A stretch of DNA of 64,000 nucleotides from an uncultured Pelistega sp. (GTDB lineage Bacteria; Pseudomonadota; Gammaproteobacteria; Burkholderiales; Burkholderiaceae_B). Both the position numbers and the translations under genes were made by a program. Within the stretch, counting starts at the first letter, position 1, and every line of letters starts with the position of its first letter. The notes beneath the pieces are model-generated. The model saw only the letters and a list, made by a program, of their open reading frames with translations. It was not told the DNA's origin and ran no database searches. Of the stretch, positions 59,233-64,000 are shown one piece after another. The stretch is from positions 7,880 to 71,879 of the forward strand of contig CAYFVY010000001.1 of assembly GCA_964346715.1 (NCBI GenBank), in the 5' to 3' direction.

Positions 59233-61128
59233 TTATACACGGATCTGATAGTTCTCTATCCACGCTTGCATCATTAAAATACCCCATAGATGCCCACTCC
59301 AATCCGCTGCACCCTGCTGATGTTGCTGCCAAATTGTGCTTACCGTACGCGCATCAAATAAGCCTTGTTGCTGCAGACGCTTGTGCGCCAAGAGATCAGC
59401 TGCCCACTCCTTCATAGGACCACGCAACCATTTACCCAAGGGCACTGAAAAGCCCTTTTTCGGACGATCTAATAAGTCTGTTGGGACATAACGATACAGT
59501 AATTGCTTCATCAACCACTTGGATTGACCATCACGTTGCTTATAACGCGGATGAATATCCCAGACAAATTCAAATACTCGATGATCTAATAAGGGCACGC
59601 GAGTCTCTAGAGAATGGAACATGGCTGCTCTATCCACTTTTACCAAGATATCATCAGGCAAGTAAGATAAAGTATCTAAGATCTGCATCGTCTCTTGCAA
59701 ATTACGCAAGGGCTTACCATCAAAACAACTACTTAGACGCTCAGCCTGTAACACCACGCGTTCAGGCTGCTTCCAATACGATACGAAGGGATGGTAGAAC
59801 TCAACAGTATTGCGCGCTTGCAAGACTAAAGACAGCTGCTGCCACTTTTCCTGTTTTTGTCCAAGCGGCCAATACTCGGCCATTGTGTATGCCAGTTTTG
59901 AGCCTATAGAGCACATCAATTGCGGGGTTTTTTGGCGTTTATCCCACCATGCTTGAGCACGGGCATAACGCTTATAACCACCAAACAACTCATCACCCGC
60001 ATCACCTGATAAGGCGACCTTCACGTGTTGAGAAGTTAAGCCCATCATTAATAACACAGGCAATTGAGAAGAATCTGCAAAAGGCTCGCTATACACTTGA
60101 GGCAAATCTTGGAAGATGTTTAAGGCATCATTACCACTCATATACAGCTCAGTATGGTCGGTCTCTAGATGCTGCGCCACTGCTTTGGCATAAGGTGCCT
60201 CATTGTATTCAGACACATCGAAACCAATAGCAAATGTCTTGACCGCTTGATTACTTTGCTTTTGCATCATTGCTGCAATTAGGGAAGAGTCCGTACCACC
60301 CGATAAGAAAGCGCCTAATTCAACATCCGCTAACATCTGTCCTTTGACTGCTTCAGATAGGATCGCTTCAAAGGCATCAATGGCTTTATTATCATCGCTA
60401 AACACACGATCGGTCGTGCGCTTGGCAACTTCATAGGCTGACCAATAAGCTTGCGGAGTTGGCATCTCATGCTGAGCAAACAGATGCTCTGCACTTAGTT
60501 TAAGATACGATGCCGCAGGTAATTTATAAACTTGCTCAAAAATTGTATGTGGTGCAGGGATATAGTTATGTCGCATCAGCAGTGCAACAGCACCACGATT
60601 AATCTGCTTATTAAATTCGGCAATCGGCATTAAGGCTTTAAGCTCTGAAGCAAACATCATCCCTTGCGCTTGTTGTGTATAGTAGAGCGGCTTTTCCCCA
60701 AAACGATCACGCGCCAAGATAAGGCTCTGCTCTTCTTGATCCCATAAGGCAATGGCAAACATACCAACTGCTTGACGCAAGGTTTGCTCCACACCCCATG
60801 CGACAAAACACGCTAATAAGGTTTCTGTGTCTGAATGCCCACGCCACTGCGGTGCATGAGCACCTAAGGCCTCGCGTAGCTCAAAGTGGTTATAAATTTC
60901 GCCATTAAACACAAGCACATAACGCTGATCTACGCTGTGCATAGGTTGATGCCCATGCTCAGAGAGGTCTTGAATCGCTAGGCGCACATGGGCTAAACCC
61001 ACTGTCTGCTCAGTATTCAGCCAAACTCCACGGCTATCTGGACCACGTTGCTTAATACGCTCGCAAGCCTGCTCTAGCGTATCTTGTTTATGCTTAAACT
61101 GACCGATTAAGCCAATAATTCCACACAT
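59233..61128 (-). CDS. Asparagine synthase (glutamine-hydrolysing) family amidotransferase, polysaccharide-cluster type
   Basis: It has the N-terminal MCGI nucleophile and a PP-loop (LSGGTDSS), and is 631 aa. It is embedded among glycosyltransferases, as WbpS-type paralogues are. Confidence 0.88.
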   Translation of the reverse strand: MCGIIGLIGQFKHKQDTLEQACERIKQRGPDSRGVWLNTEQTVGLAHVRLAIQDLSEHGHQPMHSVDQRYVLVFNGEIYNHFELREALGAHAPQWRGHSDTETLLACFVAWGVEQTLRQAVGMFAIALWDQEEQSLILARDRFGEKPLYYTQQAQGMMFASELKALMPIAEFNKQINRGAVALLMRHNYIPAPHTIFEQVYKLPAASYLKLSAEHLFAQHEMPTPQAYWSAYEVAKRTTDRVFSDDNKAIDAFEAILSEAVKGQMLADVELGAFLSGGTDSSLIAAMMQKQSNQAVKTFAIGFDVSEYNEAPYAKAVAQHLETDHTELYMSGNDALNIFQDLPQVYSEPFADSSQLPVLLMMGLTSQHVKVALSGDAGDELFGGYKRYARAQAWWDKRQKTPQLMCSIGSKLAYTMAEYWPLGQKQEKWQQLSLVLQARNTVEFYHPFVSYWKQPERVVLQAERLSSCFDGKPLRNLQETMQILDTLSYLPDDILVKVDRAAMFHSLETRVPLLDHRVFEFVWDIHPRYKQRDGQSKWLMKQLLYRYVPTDLLDRPKKGFSVPLGKWLRGPMKEWAADLLAHKRLQQQGLFDARTVSTIWQQHQQGAADWSGHLWGILMMQAWIENYQIRV

Positions 61129-61136
61129 AATCAGTC

Positions 61137-62258
61137 CTACTTAATACTGACAAGTTGCTCAAATAATCGATCCCACTGCAGGTAGATGCTGCGTGTTGAA
61201 AAGCGTTCACGCACCTGCTTTGCTTCTTGTCCTAATTGTGCACGATACTCTGGATCTAGCATCAAGTCACGCAAAGTCTGGGCTAGCGCGTCCACATCTT
61301 GATCGGGACGCACAAGTACCCCATCGATACCATCACGAATAATTTCTCGAGGTCCACTATCACAATCAAATGAAACCGCTGGTAAGCCATACGACATCGC
61401 CTCTTGTAGGCTGTTTGAAAGCCCCTCAAAACGCGAACTCAACACAAATAAGTCGGAAGTTAAATACCATTGACTCAAATTACCGACACGACCAGGCAAT
61501 AGAATACGCTCTTGCATATTCGCCTCCCGCACCTGCTGCATTAAAGCCTCACGCTCAGCGCCTTCGCCAAGTATCAGTAATTGCCAACTCGGCACCTCAC
61601 TCGCAATTTTAGTAAAAGCTTGAATTAATTTATCAAAACCTTTTTCCTCATGCAAACGCCCTACGGCTAAGAGCCAATGTGTATTCGTCGGTTTATAACA
61701 AATCACCGTAGGCTCAGCATCATGCATTGGCCAATGGACAGCATTGGCAATCACAGTTGGCTTACAGCCCGTTACATGGTCGCATAGCCACTGTGAAGAT
61801 AATTGGGTTAAGGCAATCACCGCATCAGCACGTGGATAGGCAAAGCGACGTAAGCGTTTCCATAAGGAGGAAATTTTTTGTGAGGGTGGATGCGCGTGTT
61901 CCGTCGCAATCACTCGTACCGGCAAACCTTGTGCCGCTAGAACGCTGTATACCGACGAGGCCGTCATTACCCCTAAACAAATATCAGGACGATAACGACG
62001 CATTAATTGGCGAATAGCAAAGATTTTGCGCAAGTGCCCAATAGCACCTGAGACTTTTTCCAAATGTCCAACACTAATACGTTTAATCCGTTGATCGAAT
62101 TGATAAACATCACTCTCTGGATCTGATAAAGTCACTAAAATAACTTCATGACCTAAAAAAGCCCAATGAGAAGCAAGGTCCACTGTCACTCGTTCAGCAC
62201 CACCACCACGTAGTGAAGGAATGACAATTAAAATGCTTAACTGAGTCGCTTGTTCCAT
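61137..62258 (-). CDS. Glycosyltransferase family 4
   Basis: It carries LRGGGAERV and SS.FEGLSNSLQEAMS.GLP.VS.DC..GP. Confidence 0.85.
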   Translation of the reverse strand: MEQATQLSILIVIPSLRGGGAERVTVDLASHWAFLGHEVILVTLSDPESDVYQFDQRIKRISVGHLEKVSGAIGHLRKIFAIRQLMRRYRPDICLGVMTASSVYSVLAAQGLPVRVIATEHAHPPSQKISSLWKRLRRFAYPRADAVIALTQLSSQWLCDHVTGCKPTVIANAVHWPMHDAEPTVICYKPTNTHWLLAVGRLHEEKGFDKLIQAFTKIASEVPSWQLLILGEGAEREALMQQVREANMQERILLPGRVGNLSQWYLTSDLFVLSSRFEGLSNSLQEAMSYGLPAVSFDCDSGPREIIRDGIDGVLVRPDQDVDALAQTLRDLMLDPEYRAQLGQEAKQVRERFSTRSIYLQWDRLFEQLVSIK

Positions 62259-62262
62259 AGCA

Positions 62263-63585
62263 TCAACTCTTGGGTAAGCGCCATGCTACAAAGAAGTAGC
62301 AGACAAAGGATAATAAATACATCGCACCAGTCGCCAGCATAATCCCGTTAACTCCATAACTTGGCGCTAATAAATAGTTCATCAGAGCCTTAATTAAGAA
62401 GTTCGCCACAGCGATACTCGCCATGATTCTATAACGATGTTGACTCGCTAATAACTGGACTAAGATTAGTACACCAAAGTAAAAAGGCAATTGCACTAAT
62501 CCATAACGCAAAACTTCGCTTACATGTAGCGTATTTTCCGCGGTAAACGCACCATGCTCAAATAATATTTTAACCATGTATGGCGCAAGAAACCACATAA
62601 TTAGGACAGCCAGGGATCCTAATACCAACATAGCCAAAGACCACTTTAAGGCCATCTGTTTGGCCTGCTCCGCCTCTCCTCGATTATGCACATCGGCTAA
62701 TACGGGCAAGGCTGCACGTCCCACCGAAGCCGCCCCCAAGCCCAAGATTAAAGAGAGCAAACGAGTGGCATATCCCATTGTAGCATTAGCATTTTCACCA
62801 ATTTGTGCTGCCACCATCTGATCAAGAGGCCCCACAAAACTCATAGCAATTTGACCGAGCAACATAATGCCTGCCGAGCTTAGCAAAAGGTGCCACTGTG
62901 AAGAGTTAAGCTGCCAACGTGGCAGAATAAAACCATGGCCATCTGCACGCTCTGCCAAGTACCATAAGATCATGCTCTGCACGAAATAACCCACTAAGGT
63001 ACCCAAGAGCAAAGGCCAGACGGAGACATCATCAGGTGATAGGAAAATCCACAGTAGAATAAATAAGGCAGGCAAGCTATCGAGTAAGGTATTGATATGA
63101 CGCTCTCTCGCTCGCAATCGCGAAGTACTCACCCCTATCAATAAAATCAGTAATGCACCAGGCGCAAACGCCCAAATCAATAACTGGCTAAACTCACGCG
63201 CGGATGCGTTCAGCTGCCCCGCTGTTAATTGAATGATCTGTGGCCAAAACAGCCATGTTACAACAGCGATCCCTAAGCCCAAGGTTAAGACCCAGGCTTG
63301 CAACTCAGCAATAAATTGTTTTTTCTCGGCCTCACCTAAATGCCTTAACTTCACCATAACGGGGATTAAGACAATCGAGAATGCTCCGACTATGGTCATC
63401 GGCAACCAGCTAGCCATGGTCATAGTGAATTGATACGCATCCACAACATCACTAACGCCATAACGATTAGCAATCGCCATTTCTTTCACAGCGCCAGCAA
63501 ATTTACCGATAAGCAGGAAAAAAGCGACCCGTAATGCCCCTTGGACAATTCGCATATGGTCGCTTAGTACTTTAGTTTGGCTCAA
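62263..63585 (-). CDS. MurJ/MviN-like MOP-superfamily flippase (short form, 440 aa)
   Basis: It is a polytopic membrane protein. Its N-terminal pattern G.FAGAVKEMAIANRYGVS..VDAY resembles the MurJ signature G..R[DE]..[IV]A..FG.....DAF. Confidence 0.6.
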   Translation of the reverse strand: MSQTKVLSDHMRIVQGALRVAFFLLIGKFAGAVKEMAIANRYGVSDVVDAYQFTMTMASWLPMTIVGAFSIVLIPVMVKLRHLGEAEKKQFIAELQAWVLTLGLGIAVVTWLFWPQIIQLTAGQLNASAREFSQLLIWAFAPGALLILLIGVSTSRLRARERHINTLLDSLPALFILLWIFLSPDDVSVWPLLLGTLVGYFVQSMILWYLAERADGHGFILPRWQLNSSQWHLLLSSAGIMLLGQIAMSFVGPLDQMVAAQIGENANATMGYATRLLSLILGLGAASVGRAALPVLADVHNRGEAEQAKQMALKWSLAMLVLGSLAVLIMWFLAPYMVKILFEHGAFTAENTLHVSEVLRYGLVQLPFYFGVLILVQLLASQHRYRIMASIAVANFLIKALMNYLLAPSYGVNGIMLATGAMYLLSFVCYFFVAWRLPKS

Positions 63586-63599
63586 GGCTTAACGTAAAC

Positions 63600-64000
63600 T
63601 TAACGTAAAAATTGAATGTACCAAGGCATTGCTTCAGCCAAACCTTGCTGAATCGAATGCGTTGGTTGATAACCCAGTTGTTGCTTAGCTTTATCAATAT
63701 TCGCAAATGAATGGCGTACATCGCCTGGACGAAAATCTTGATAATTTGGCTCACGTGGGTAGTCGATTTGATTACTTCCTAGCGTCTCACGAATCATCGT
63801 AAACAATTGATTCAGGCTGGTCTGCGCATGATAAGCAACGTTATACACTTCATAGCCACTCTCTGGCATATTCATCGCTGCTAAAATATTCGCTTGAATC
63901 GCGTTCTGCACATAGCAGAAATCTCGGCTCGTTTCACCATCACCATTCACCACAATTTTTTCTTGGTGAATCATAGCGGCGGTCCATTTAGGAATCACAG
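63600..64000 (-). CDS. NAD-dependent sugar-nucleotide epimerase/dehydratase (WbpP/TviC-like), 3' part only
   Basis: It has an SDR extended-family C-terminal region (GDGETSRDFCYV.N..QAN). The ORF runs off the right edge of the window. Confidence 0.8.
   Translation of the reverse strand, partial: VIPKWTAAMIHQEKIVVNGDGETSRDFCYVQNAIQANILAAMNMPESGYEVYNVAYHAQTSLNQLFTMIRETLGSNQIDYPREPNYQDFRPGDVRHSFANIDKAKQQLGYQPTHSIQQGLAEAMPWYIQFLR

Overview
The window is a chromosomal, mostly housekeeping segment whose gene order resembles a betaproteobacterium of the Burkholderiales. That assignment is inferred from synteny and cannot be verified here. It is densely coding.

Gene content, left to right:
- tolR(partial)-tolA-tolB-pal-cpoB
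- an alpha/beta hydrolase and a PCu(A)C copper chaperone
- tctDE plus tctCBA (tricarboxylate uptake)
- an AbrB-family membrane gene split by one in-frame TAG
- an AhpD-like protein and a lone amino-acid binding protein
- a MesX/MesD-like folate-independent methionine synthase pair
- a livKHMGF-type ABC transporter and a PHB-depolymerase-family esterase
- groESL with a sigma32-type promoter and a perfect CIRCE
- dgkA, pyrF, pncC, pgpA, thiL, nusB, ribH, ribBX
- a MarR gene directly upstream of glpD
- a CYTH-CHAD protein with a long low-complexity insert
- ftsY, rsmD, coaD, a ferredoxin, a MOSC_N-only protein
- asmA, a TetR regulator, ychF, a CPBP protease
- pth, rplY, prs, tRNA-Gln, ispE, lolB, a TPR protein
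- mutM, an FAD oxidase, a phosphomannomutase
- at the right edge, a minus-strand surface-polysaccharide cluster: epimerase, MurJ-like flippase, four GT4 glycosyltransferases and an AsnB-type amidotransferase.

I found no rRNA, CRISPR array, transposase, integrase, prophage or recognisable defence or toxin-antitoxin module. I cannot point to a clear, wholly novel multi-gene system.

The loci most worth follow-up:
- the MesX/MesD pair, whose mechanism is unresolved, with a MetR-type box upstream
- the insert-bearing CYTH-CHAD protein and the tandem repeat upstream of it
- the split AbrB-family gene
- the polysaccharide cluster
- a recurring pattern of acidic low-complexity tails and inserts in housekeeping proteins.

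CDS coordinates follow the ORF track, with some starts re-picked. Motif and hairpin coordinates were counted by hand and may be off by 1-2 nt.
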